NCBI GenBank assembly: GCA_034530615.2 | Contig: JAVRCV020000015.1 | Coordinates: 160,001-224,000, forward strand | Source of the DNA: Aulosira sp. ZfuVER01 | Lineage (GTDB): Bacteria; Cyanobacteriota; Cyanobacteriia; Cyanobacteriales; Nostocaceae | Direction: 5' to 3' | Length of the DNA: 64,000 nucleotides | Made by a program: the position numbers and the translations under genes | The notes under the pieces: generated by a model | Database searches by the model: none | The model's input: the letters and a program-made list of their open reading frames with translations, nothing else | What the model was told of the DNA's origin: nothing | Shown here: positions 32,665 through 41,816 of the stretch, piece by piece | Numbering within the stretch: the stretch's first letter is position 1 | Layout: each line of letters begins with the position of its first letter

Positions 32665-34164
32665 ATGGACAGTTTGAGCCAAAATAATTTGGCAGTTGTT
32701 GCAGTTGTTAAAGACGATCGCTGGGTAGAAGGCATGAACTCTTGGCAAAAGACGGTAGAGAATCTCCTCCCCAGGAGGTTCGCTGTTTTGAAATGGCTGA
32801 TGACATTTTTAATAGTCTTGGGTTTGGTCAGCTGTGGCGAGAAAGCTGTCAGCCAAGATGTATCTGTTAGTTATGGAGCAAAACCACAACAGATATCCAA
32901 AGAATTTTCCGAAGTTTCTCCACCAGCGATAATTCAAGAACTGCGCCCAGCTTTGGAGGTTTATCAGCCGCAAGTTGCAATAGTTACACCTCAAGCTGAT
33001 GAAGTCTTGCAAGAAAATAAAGTTACAGTCCGCTTTCAGGTTCAGGATCTACCCATATTTAAGAATCCGCAACTGGAATTAGGGACTCATCTCCACGTAA
33101 TTCTTGATAACCAACCATATATAGCTGTTTACGACTTAAATCAGCCTTTAACTTTCTCAGACTTAGCGCCAGGAACTCATACTTTGCGTGTCTTTGCTTC
33201 TCGTCCTTGGCACGAAAGCTTCAAAAATGAAGGTGCTTACGCCCAGACAAAGTTTCACATTGTCACCAAAACCGAAGATAACAACCCAGATCCATCTCTA
33301 CCTCTGCTAACCTACAGCCGTCCTAAAGGTGACTATGGGGCAGAACCAATTCTACTGGACTTTTACCTAACAAATGCTCCCCTCCACTTGGTTGCTCAAG
33401 ACAACGCTAACGACAATCTCAGTGATTGGCGGATTCGTTGCACAATTAATGGTGAAAGCTTCGTTCTCGATCGCTGGCAAGCAGTTTACCTCAAAGGCTT
33501 CAAACCTGGTAAGAATTGGGTAAAACTGGAATTTCTCGATAACCAGGGTAATCCTGTAAAAAATGTCTTCAATACTACAGTTGGACTGATTAACTACCAA
33601 CCCAAAGGTAAAGATACACTTTCGAGAATTGTCAGAGGAGAAGTTACAGCCGATGAGGTGCGTGGCATTGTAGATCCTAACTATACCGCCAAGATACCAC
33701 CTACTGAACTAACCCCTACACCTAGCGGCACACCACAAATACAGCCAACACCGGAAATTGAGATTCCCGAAGTTCCTGTAACACCGCCAACTGAGTTGAA
33801 GCAGCCAGAGGAAACATTATCCAAGCCTGTACCATCGCCAGAACCACAGCCAGAGGTAACACCAACACCTTCTGCTACTGGGTTACCAGAAACAGTTTCT
33901 CCTAAACCAGAAAAACCAAAGTCTGGTGGATATTTCCAACGCCGTCCTCGTCCTACTGCTACACCATCTCCTAGTGTGTCGCCTACGCTACCAGAGATTA
34001 TTGAGTCTCCGCAACCAGAAGTAATACCAACACCGACTGCAACAGAACCGCCACAACTAGAAATAACACCAACACCTTCTGTTACTGAAACACCTCAACC
34101 ACAGGTAAACCAGACTGAAGAAAAATCCCCCAATTTGTTGCCTACACCAGTAGCGCCAGATTAG
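32665..34164 (+). CDS. Conserved cyanobacterial putative lipoprotein with Pro/Thr/Glu-rich tail
   Basis: LVSC lipobox-like motif, HLHVILDN, FASRPWHESFKN, LTYSRP; start uncertain. Confidence 0.75.
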   Translation: MDSLSQNNLAVVAVVKDDRWVEGMNSWQKTVENLLPRRFAVLKWLMTFLIVLGLVSCGEKAVSQDVSVSYGAKPQQISKEFSEVSPPAIIQELRPALEVYQPQVAIVTPQADEVLQENKVTVRFQVQDLPIFKNPQLELGTHLHVILDNQPYIAVYDLNQPLTFSDLAPGTHTLRVFASRPWHESFKNEGAYAQTKFHIVTKTEDNNPDPSLPLLTYSRPKGDYGAEPILLDFYLTNAPLHLVAQDNANDNLSDWRIRCTINGESFVLDRWQAVYLKGFKPGKNWVKLEFLDNQGNPVKNVFNTTVGLINYQPKGKDTLSRIVRGEVTADEVRGIVDPNYTAKIPPTELTPTPSGTPQIQPTPEIEIPEVPVTPPTELKQPEETLSKPVPSPEPQPEVTPTPSATGLPETVSPKPEKPKSGGYFQRRPRPTATPSPSVSPTLPEIIESPQPEVIPTPTATEPPQLEITPTPSVTETPQPQVNQTEEKSPNLLPTPVAPD

Positions 34165-34199
34165 GAATCGTGTACCCTGGGTAAGGGTTTAGCATTGCT

Positions 34200-34403
34200 C
34201 ATACGTGTCAACTTAACGCAAAACCCTGTTACCCCAAGGAACTGAAGTTCCTTGCTAATAGCAAAAGTCATCTGAAGATGACTAAATATCCCCAAAATTT
34301 TGAGTCTACTAAAGTAGACTTGGGCTATTAGTCTGAGAATTCATTCTCAGGCGAGTGACAAAGCTACGAAAGAGGCTATTTTTAGCTTAAGTTGACACCA
34401 ATG
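34200..34403. mobile_element. 204-bp MITE with ~24-bp imperfect TIRs and 9-bp target duplication
   Basis: CATACGTGTCAACTTAACGCAAAA / reverse complement CATTGGTGTCAACTTAAGCTAAAA; AGCATTGCT duplicated at 34191-34199 and 34404-34412. Confidence 0.88.
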
Positions 34404-34519
34404 AGCATTGCTAAACCTCTACAAAAAATATAGACATATCAGGATTTTTGTGAATTTGTCATACTGTTTTGAATCAGTAGAAATCTGCACATTGAGGCGA
34501 TAAAAGTGCAGAAAAGAGG

Positions 34520-35464
34520 TCAACCGAAAATACTTAACTCTAGCTGTTGTGCCAAATTTTCCACAAAGGCAAGTCCTGCTACTGGGTTTCCTACGGTATC
34601 TAAAGCAGGGCTGTAACAAGCGATCGCTCCTTCACCTGGTACGATCGCTAACAGTCCACCACCAATGCCCGATTTCATTGGTAAACCAATCCTGACAGCA
34701 AACTCGGCAGATGCCTCATACAATCCACAAGTCAAGATCACCGCATTGACTATCCGGCGGTGTTTTACTGATATTAAACCATTTTCATAAGCTAAGAGTT
34801 TGCCGATCTGCGCTAAATCTTCGGCATTTCCCGATAAACAGCATATTTGCTCGTAAGTGTCAAGAGCTATGCCAAAATTTTCTACATACCCGGCTTCAGC
34901 AAGATAATTAGCGATCGCTTTATTCGCTGGAGAACGTGTCAGTTGTACTGAAGCAAGCATTAATTCATCTAACTTGAGTTTTGAGCCGGCTAATTGGTTT
35001 AGCCATTGACAAAATTGCTGAGTGCGATCGCTAGCATTTTCTCCTGGTAATTTATCAGCTAAGGTAATGGCTCCACTATTAATCATTGGATTGCGGGGGT
35101 GTCCGCGATCGGCAATTAGTTGATCTAGGGAATTGAATGGTGCTTGGGATGGTTCCACCCCTACCCACTGCAAAACCGTTTCTGCACCGAAATTTTCTAA
35201 GAGATAAAGTAGTGAAAAAGCTTTGATAACACTCATGAATGGGAACACACAACTTGTATCCCCGGCGCTGTAAGTTTGTCCAGTTGCACAACAGATGTGA
35301 ACTGCAAACCAATAAGGGTTAGCTATATTTAATCGTGGAGTGCGATCGGCAACTCGTCCGCGATCGGCATGGGATTTGGCTTGTTCTACCCAAGCTGATA
35401 ATTTAGTAGTGGTTATTGCTTGAAGTCTTGTCAAAATTTGTACAGATTTTAGAAAATGGCTCAA
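34520..35464 (-). CDS. glsA: Glutaminase
   Basis: MSVIKAF (SxxK), VGVEPS..PFNS, PRNPMINSGAI, CGLYEAS, GLPMKSGIGGG; start uncertain. Confidence 0.92.
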   Translation of the reverse strand: MSHFLKSVQILTRLQAITTTKLSAWVEQAKSHADRGRVADRTPRLNIANPYWFAVHICCATGQTYSAGDTSCVFPFMSVIKAFSLLYLLENFGAETVLQWVGVEPSQAPFNSLDQLIADRGHPRNPMINSGAITLADKLPGENASDRTQQFCQWLNQLAGSKLKLDELMLASVQLTRSPANKAIANYLAEAGYVENFGIALDTYEQICCLSGNAEDLAQIGKLLAYENGLISVKHRRIVNAVILTCGLYEASAEFAVRIGLPMKSGIGGGLLAIVPGEGAIACYSPALDTVGNPVAGLAFVENLAQQLELSIFG

Positions 35465-35561
35465 TAGGACAATTGTGAATTCTGTCTACTGACAAATTTC
35501 TGCGATTAGCCTTGTGAGCTTTCTGACAATAGCTAGCCGCTTTTAAAACATCCTCCCATAT

Positions 35562-37940
35562 CTAAAAAATATCCTTACGCTTTTGCAACCAAAAAGTAAC
35601 AAGTAAATAAATTGCTGTATGCAACAATAAAATTCCCCAATTCAAATTTAAATTTCCCCAGGTAGCCCCGTAAACTGATGTTGGTTCAAATGGCTGAGGG
35701 ACAATACTACCATCTAGTAATATAGTTGGTTCTGGTACTAAGCTATTGACATTGACTAAAGAGCCATAAGCTCCTACTGACCAACGACTTAACATGAGCC
35801 ATGATAATAATTTATTCACACCTTCCTGGGTTTTAAACAAAACTCCAGAAAAGATGATTTGCGGTAATAATAGCAATGGTAAAGCACTATTTGCTTGGCT
35901 ACTGTTTTTAACAGTTGTAGATACAAGTAAACCTAAGCTAAAACTAGCTAATAAAGTCAGAAAGGTGGTGATTCCTAATCCGATATGCCAGGAAATTAAT
36001 TCTGGACTGGGAGATTTAAAACCTATGAGAATCACAGCAACTATCAACAAAGTCTGTGCGATCGCCAAAATTGACAATATTGTAACTTTGGAACCAAGAT
36101 AAGCTAACAATCCTAAATTAACTAAGCGTTCTCTTAAGTAAATTGCCGCTTCTTTAACAATTTCTTGTAAAGAACTAGAAAGACCTACCCATAATGCCGC
36201 ACAGGTAAAGACAAACAATACTTGCAAAGCTAAGGGTGCTAGTTTGGGATCTGGTTGGTTGCCTAAAACAAAGGGTGTTTTATCTTTAATTGCCAAAGTT
36301 ATCAGGCTAATACCAATAGGTGCTGTTAAAAGAGAGAGGAGAAGATTAACGCGATCGCGTAAAATTAATTGCCAATAACGTTGTGTCAATAACAACCATT
36401 GCTGCCAAAAAGAAACTTTCTTGCGTGTTGGCGTAAAAGATTTAGTTGGCTGTTGATTTCCTATACTTATTTGATTGCCAATATAACTTTGATAATAAGT
36501 AGATTGCTGAAATTGAGTCGCATATTTAATAACTTCTTGCTCTTGTTCGAGTTTGATGTAAATATCAGCAAAATCGTTGACACCAAAAAACTTCAAAGCT
36601 TCTTGGGATGTACCAAAATAGCACAATCTGCCACCTAGACCGAGAAACACAATGCGATCGCATTCGGTAATATTAGCTGTGGCATGAGTTACCAAAATAA
36701 TTGTTCTTCCCCCTTGATGCGCTAAATCTTTTAATAGCAGCATCATCTGTTTATCTAATCCAGGATCGAGTCCAGAAGTTGGTTCATCTAAAAAGAACAA
36801 TTTGGGATCGGCCAGCAATTCTACGCCAATACTGACTCTTTTGCGTTGTCCGCCGCTGAGATCGTTGACTAATGCATGACGGCGATGGCTCATTTTAATT
36901 GCTTCTAACGCCTGTTCTACCAAAGGTTGCAGATTAATATCTGGTGGTAATCGCAGTTTGGCTGCATAAGTAAGTACTTCTGCAACTGTCAATTCGCGGT
37001 GGATAATATCATCTTGCGGTACGTAACCAATGTGGGTGCGGTACAAATTGAAGTTTTTCTGCAAATCTTCGCCATTGATTTGCACTACACCTTTAGTAAT
37101 TTTTTCAATTCCTAAAAGTGTCCGCATTAAAGTAGATTTACCCGCACCACTCCCCCCAACCAAAGCCACAAACTGTCCTGGTTCAATCGCAAAAGATAAA
37201 TCATCTAATCGCCGTTTACCTTTAGTTTCCAGTAACAAGTTGTGCGCATCTAGACGAATGCGATCGCCTTGATCGAGAATTTCTAAATTATCATCGCGCA
37301 CCACCAAAGTAAACGGCCCAATGCGAATTTTCGCACCATTGGAGAGTACGGCGCTTCCCGTCACTTGTTTACCGTCAATAAATACTCCATTGGTGCTGTA
37401 GTCCCGGAGAATGTAGCGTCCTTGAGCATCAGTATCAATTGTGGCATGACGCCGGGAAACAGTAGGAGCATCTAACTGCAAGTTAGCTTGGGGATCGCGT
37501 CCGAGTAAAATTGAACGTTGTTTTAACGAAATTGCACGGGTTGCCGGTGTAGTAAATGAATGTGCGTTGGAGGGATTAAAATATCTTACTTGAATGAGTT
37601 GATTGGGGTTTTGGGCAATTTGAATTTCTACACCGTGGGTTAAGTAATGGCCTTCCGTGGGAGTAATCAGGGAATGATTGACATATAGCTTATTACTACT
37701 AGGTTTTTGTCCATCGCCGTCATAGATGCGGTAGTCTGCGCCATCCCGACGCAGTAGCCCTTGACAACGGGAAACAACTTCCCAATGTTGCGGAACGACT
37801 AAATCAGCAACATTTGGATCGCGTCCCAGAATATGCTGTGGCTTTTTGAGTTCAAAGTATAGAATTTCACCTTTATTGTTTAACTCTAAAAAGGGATTTG
37901 TACTTAAAACAGTCCGACTTTGTAAAGGTGGCTGTACCAT
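35562..37940 (-). CDS. ABC transporter with two FHA domains (FHA-FHA-NBD-ABC2 permease)
   Basis: Two GR..SR..N FHA motifs, GGSGAGKS, LSGGQ, FLDEPTSGLD, C-terminal TM helices. Confidence 0.93.
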   Translation of the reverse strand: MVQPPLQSRTVLSTNPFLELNNKGEILYFELKKPQHILGRDPNVADLVVPQHWEVVSRCQGLLRRDGADYRIYDGDGQKPSSNKLYVNHSLITPTEGHYLTHGVEIQIAQNPNQLIQVRYFNPSNAHSFTTPATRAISLKQRSILLGRDPQANLQLDAPTVSRRHATIDTDAQGRYILRDYSTNGVFIDGKQVTGSAVLSNGAKIRIGPFTLVVRDDNLEILDQGDRIRLDAHNLLLETKGKRRLDDLSFAIEPGQFVALVGGSGAGKSTLMRTLLGIEKITKGVVQINGEDLQKNFNLYRTHIGYVPQDDIIHRELTVAEVLTYAAKLRLPPDINLQPLVEQALEAIKMSHRRHALVNDLSGGQRKRVSIGVELLADPKLFFLDEPTSGLDPGLDKQMMLLLKDLAHQGGRTIILVTHATANITECDRIVFLGLGGRLCYFGTSQEALKFFGVNDFADIYIKLEQEQEVIKYATQFQQSTYYQSYIGNQISIGNQQPTKSFTPTRKKVSFWQQWLLLTQRYWQLILRDRVNLLLSLLTAPIGISLITLAIKDKTPFVLGNQPDPKLAPLALQVLFVFTCAALWVGLSSSLQEIVKEAAIYLRERLVNLGLLAYLGSKVTILSILAIAQTLLIVAVILIGFKSPSPELISWHIGLGITTFLTLLASFSLGLLVSTTVKNSSQANSALPLLLLPQIIFSGVLFKTQEGVNKLLSWLMLSRWSVGAYGSLVNVNSLVPEPTILLDGSIVPQPFEPTSVYGATWGNLNLNWGILLLHTAIYLLVTFWLQKRKDIF

Positions 37941-38292
37941 AAAGTGCTTTAAAACATTAAACGAGGTCTACTAACCCTGAAGTTTGAAATACTTATAAAA
38001 AATTAATTTATTACCGAGAAACTATATTAATTAGAGGTAGCAGAAGTTTATGATATTGAACAGCTAAATACAAATTATACGTAAAAACTGAGTAACTAAA
38101 ATATGGAAATCCAGTTTGATTGTTGAAAAAACTTGGTAAACCTAAATCTTAACTACTATCAGGTTATTTGCTTATTACCTATTGCTCTTTGGGGAACAGC
38201 AGTTGCTCATGGGGAAACCCTCAAGACTGAACTGATTCACCTATTGGCTGCCTCTACGAGTAAGTTAACAAATCAAATAGGAGTGCTATATT

Positions 38293-39981
38293 ATGACCTT
38301 GGCATTATTAAATAATCGTTATCAAGTCCTACGTGTATTGGGAAGTGGGGGATTTGGGGAAACTTTTTTAGCAGAAGATACTCAAATGCCCTCTAATCGT
38401 CGTTGTGTCATTAAACAACTTAAACCTGTAGCTAATAATCCTCAAGTTTACCAATTAGTACAACAACGATTTCAGCAGGAAGCAGCAATTTTAGAAGAAC
38501 TAGGCGATCGCAGTAATCAAATACCGAAGTTGTATGCTTATTTTATAGATAACGGGCAATTTTATTTAGTTCAAGAATATATTGAAGGTCACACATTGAC
38601 TCAAAAAATGCAACAGCAAGGAGTGTTGCATGAAAGTACAGTTAAAGGAATTTTAATTGATATCTTGCCAGTTCTAGAATTTGTCCATAGCAAGCGCATA
38701 GTCCATCGAGATATTAAACCCGACAATATAATTTTGCGTTTTTCCGATGGCAAACCAATCTTAATTGATTTCGGTGCAGTTAAAGTATCAATGGGTACAA
38801 TAATAACTGCTTCTGGAAACTCCAACCAGTCCATTGTCATTGGTACGCCAGGGTTTATGCCAATGGAACAATCGATAGGTAGACCAGTATTTTCCAGTGA
38901 CTTGTATAGTTTAGGACTAACAGCAATTTATTTACTCACAGGTAAATTACCCGCAGACTTACCCACAGATCCAGAAACAGGCGATATTCTCTGGCGCAAT
39001 TTTACTTTCAATATCAGCCCAGATTTAGGAGCTGTATTAGATAAAGCAATTCAACAATCACCACGCGATCGCTATCTCAGTGCTAGAGATATGCTAACAG
39101 CATTGCAAACACCTTCAATTCCGACAGCAGTGACTGTACCTGTTTCTCAGCCGACATTAATTACTACACCCGTATCAGCAGGCTACGTCACCGCACCAAC
39201 AGTCGCATCTCCAACACCCCTATATCAGCCGATTCCCACACCAACCCCAAATCCAGCAATATCTCCTAAAGGTTTAGCACCTTGGCAACAAGGTGTAATA
39301 ATTGGCGGTGCGATCGGGACATTAGTAGTAAGTGGTTTATGGTTAGTCAGAGGACAATTATCAAACCAGCCACAGCCATTAACAACTATAGCCTCATCTC
39401 CTTCACCAACTTTCAATAATCAGCAACCCTCACCTCCAAATACATCTAAATCATTAGATTCAACCTCGTATAATTCTGATCGTCAAGTAGAATATCCAGC
39501 AAAAATAACGCCAACAGAAAATCCAGTTATACCTAGTAATACTAATACAAGTACCACAGAAAAACCTTCAGCTTCAGCATCCACACTTACCGAAGCCGGA
39601 GCAAAAAATTTAATTAATCAATGGCTACAAGCCAAACAAGTCATGTTTGCGCCTCCCTACAATCCTCAGCCAGCTGCCGAGTTAACAACTGGTGAACAAT
39701 ATGAGCAAGTTGCTGGCTATGATGGCTCAATTAACTCTCTCAAAACTGATGGGCATTCTTATAAATATGGTTTACAGCAAATTGATGGAATAGACGAATT
39801 TTCGGTTAATGGTAATCAAGCTGTTATTCAAGTAAAAGTTACCGAAGACCGGAAACTTCTTGATAAAAATGGCAATATTCTTCCTAAAGAAACTGACTTT
39901 AAAACTAGAACAGTACGCTATAATTTACAGTTTGTAGATCGGCGCTGGAAAATAGCTTCTACTCAAATACTTACCAAATAA
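38293..39981 (+). CDS. Hanks-type Ser/Thr kinase with TM and ARC6/IMS-like (DUF4101-like) C-terminal domain
   Basis: LGSGGFG, VIKQL, HRDIKPDN, DFG, GTPGF; TM; W..AK..FAPPY...V.Y.L....RWKI C-terminus. Confidence 0.92.
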   Translation: MTLALLNNRYQVLRVLGSGGFGETFLAEDTQMPSNRRCVIKQLKPVANNPQVYQLVQQRFQQEAAILEELGDRSNQIPKLYAYFIDNGQFYLVQEYIEGHTLTQKMQQQGVLHESTVKGILIDILPVLEFVHSKRIVHRDIKPDNIILRFSDGKPILIDFGAVKVSMGTIITASGNSNQSIVIGTPGFMPMEQSIGRPVFSSDLYSLGLTAIYLLTGKLPADLPTDPETGDILWRNFTFNISPDLGAVLDKAIQQSPRDRYLSARDMLTALQTPSIPTAVTVPVSQPTLITTPVSAGYVTAPTVASPTPLYQPIPTPTPNPAISPKGLAPWQQGVIIGGAIGTLVVSGLWLVRGQLSNQPQPLTTIASSPSPTFNNQQPSPPNTSKSLDSTSYNSDRQVEYPAKITPTENPVIPSNTNTSTTEKPSASASTLTEAGAKNLINQWLQAKQVMFAPPYNPQPAAELTTGEQYEQVAGYDGSINSLKTDGHSYKYGLQQIDGIDEFSVNGNQAVIQVKVTEDRKLLDKNGNILPKETDFKTRTVRYNLQFVDRRWKIASTQILTK

Positions 39982-39983
39982 CT

Positions 39984-40781
39984 ATGAGATTTTTCTCAAA
40001 ATTACCTTATCTTGTACGAATCTTAGTAATTGCCACAATTGTTGCAGTTAGCGTAGTCATTTGTGGTACTTTAGTGATGCGATTTTCAGCGTCAAATCCA
40101 CCCGTTCAGGCTAAAATTTCTCCAACTGCAACAACCACAGTTTCTGCTCAACCAAACTCAGTTTTAGCAGCGCTACCAACAGCAATTCCCACTAATTCCA
40201 CGCCTATCGAACTAAGTAAAATCACACAAGTTCAGAAAAAACCAACATCCAATCAACTTGCCTTTGGGCATTTTCCCTACACGCAAGCGAATCCAAACCA
40301 AATGATGGTTGTTGGTAGCTATGCGAGTGGTGTAGATCAACGCTTTGAGTCATTGAATACTGAAGCAGTTAAAGCATTCATGAAAATGACTTATGCAGCC
40401 AGAGAAGTAGGTGTTTGGATTATTCCTGTTTCTGGCTTTCGCACCATAGAACAACAAGAAAAATTATTTCAAGAACAAATTAAGCGTCGAGGTTCTGTTA
40501 AAGAAGCGGCAAAAATTAGTGCCCCTGCTGGATATAGCGAACACCATACAGGCTTTGCTTTAGATTTAACAGATGGTAAATTTTCTAAAAAAGATATTAC
40601 TTTAGAATTTGAAAATACTGATGCTTATCGTTGGTTAACTAGCCATGCTCAAGAATTCGGCTTTGAAATGTCTTTTCCCCGCAATAATAAGCAAGGAGTA
40701 AGTTTTGAGCCTTGGCACTGGCGATATGTAGGTTCATCAGATGCAGCCGCAGTATTTGCTAATGCTAAAAATCAGCGTTGA
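39984..40781 (+). CDS. M15B D-Ala-D-Ala carboxypeptidase (VanY-like)
   Basis: SGFR, SAPAGYSEHHTGFALD, EPWHWRY; N-terminal TM. Confidence 0.92.
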   Translation: MRFFSKLPYLVRILVIATIVAVSVVICGTLVMRFSASNPPVQAKISPTATTTVSAQPNSVLAALPTAIPTNSTPIELSKITQVQKKPTSNQLAFGHFPYTQANPNQMMVVGSYASGVDQRFESLNTEAVKAFMKMTYAAREVGVWIIPVSGFRTIEQQEKLFQEQIKRRGSVKEAAKISAPAGYSEHHTGFALDLTDGKFSKKDITLEFENTDAYRWLTSHAQEFGFEMSFPRNNKQGVSFEPWHWRYVGSSDAAAVFANAKNQR

Positions 40782-40963
40782 GTAATCACAAATTATCCAA
40801 TGCCTTTACATCTAACCTGTAGAGGTTTTAACCTGCTTTTCTGAGCAAGGATATAACCCACCATTGGGTAAGCGTATTTCCAATCTGAAGGCGATTTTTT
40901 ACGCCCAATTAGCTATAAGCTAAGTTTTATGTCTATTTATAGTAGTCAGTAACACTCTATTAA

Positions 40964-41035
40964 AGCCGATGACGGGATTTGAACCCGTGACCTGCTGATT
41001 ACGAATCAGCTGCTCTACCACTGAGCCACATCGGC
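40964..41035 (-). tRNA. trnT: tRNA-Thr(CGT)
   Basis: Minus strand GCCGATGTGGCTCAGTGGTAGAGCAGCTGATTCGTAATCAGCAGGTCACGGGTTCAAATCCCGTCATCGGC. Confidence 0.97.
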
Positions 41036-41070
41036 GTACACGATCCAAGATTATAGCATAGTTTTTATTC

Positions 41071-41340
41071 ATGGTAGAACAAAATCCCAAAAGTAGCCTT
41101 CAGCCTGAACAATATGCCCGCCTCAAAGCTGAAATAGTAGCGCCTTATCGTGGCTTGCGAAAACTTATCTATGTTGCTTGTGGTGCTTCTGGCTTCATCG
41201 GCGCATTCATCTTTTTCTTTAAACTGCTTGCAGGGCGGGATGTTGATAGTGCTTTGCCTAACTTATTACTCCAGATAGGAATTGTGTTCCTGATGGTCTT
41301 TCTCTGGCGCTGGGAACAGAGCCGACAAAAACGTTCTTAA
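41071..41340 (+). CDS. DUF3493-like small membrane protein
   Basis: RLKAE..APYRGLR and two TM helices. Confidence 0.75.
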   Translation: MVEQNPKSSLQPEQYARLKAEIVAPYRGLRKLIYVACGASGFIGAFIFFFKLLAGRDVDSALPNLLLQIGIVFLMVFLWRWEQSRQKRS

Positions 41341-41582
41341 AAGCGCAAAAATAGCAACACCTCTTCACATTTTTTATATTAATAAACTTTTTTTCATCTT
41401 TTTAAATCTAAAAAGAGAAAAAATAAAAAAAATATTAGGAAATCTGAAAATGCAAAAATTTCTGAGAAACTAAAAATTGTTCAAACGGGATCAGCCAATA
41501 TAAAGACCCTGAATATAGACAAATCAAATTTAAATATGGGTCAGCTAAATTTTAAGACCCTGACATAAAAAAATCACATTTT

Positions 41583-41622
41583 TAGCAGCGCCAAACTACA
41601 ATTTGTTAGTTTGACGCTGCTA
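41583..41622. terminator. Long hairpin, probable bidirectional terminator
   Basis: TAGCAGCGCCAAACTA...TAGTTTGACGCTGCTA followed by TTTT, between convergent genes. Confidence 0.6.
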
Positions 41623-41816
41623 TTTTGCCAACTATTACTGCTGGATGAAATTTAATTCAAATTCCTGTTCGGTTCCTAATGTTAGGTCTGTTTTATACTA
41701 TCAAGCTCACAATCACGCGATCGCAATCAAATGCTGAGTATGAAACTTTAGTGGGCGGAAAGTAGTTGAGATTCTGGGCTTTTGTCCAGTTGATTTCCGC
41801 CACACTGTACTTTTGT

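Noticed and set aside
35470..41035. Integrative element at tRNA-Thr or tRNA-Val
   Set aside because: No integrase, and I found no duplicated tRNA 3' end by eye.
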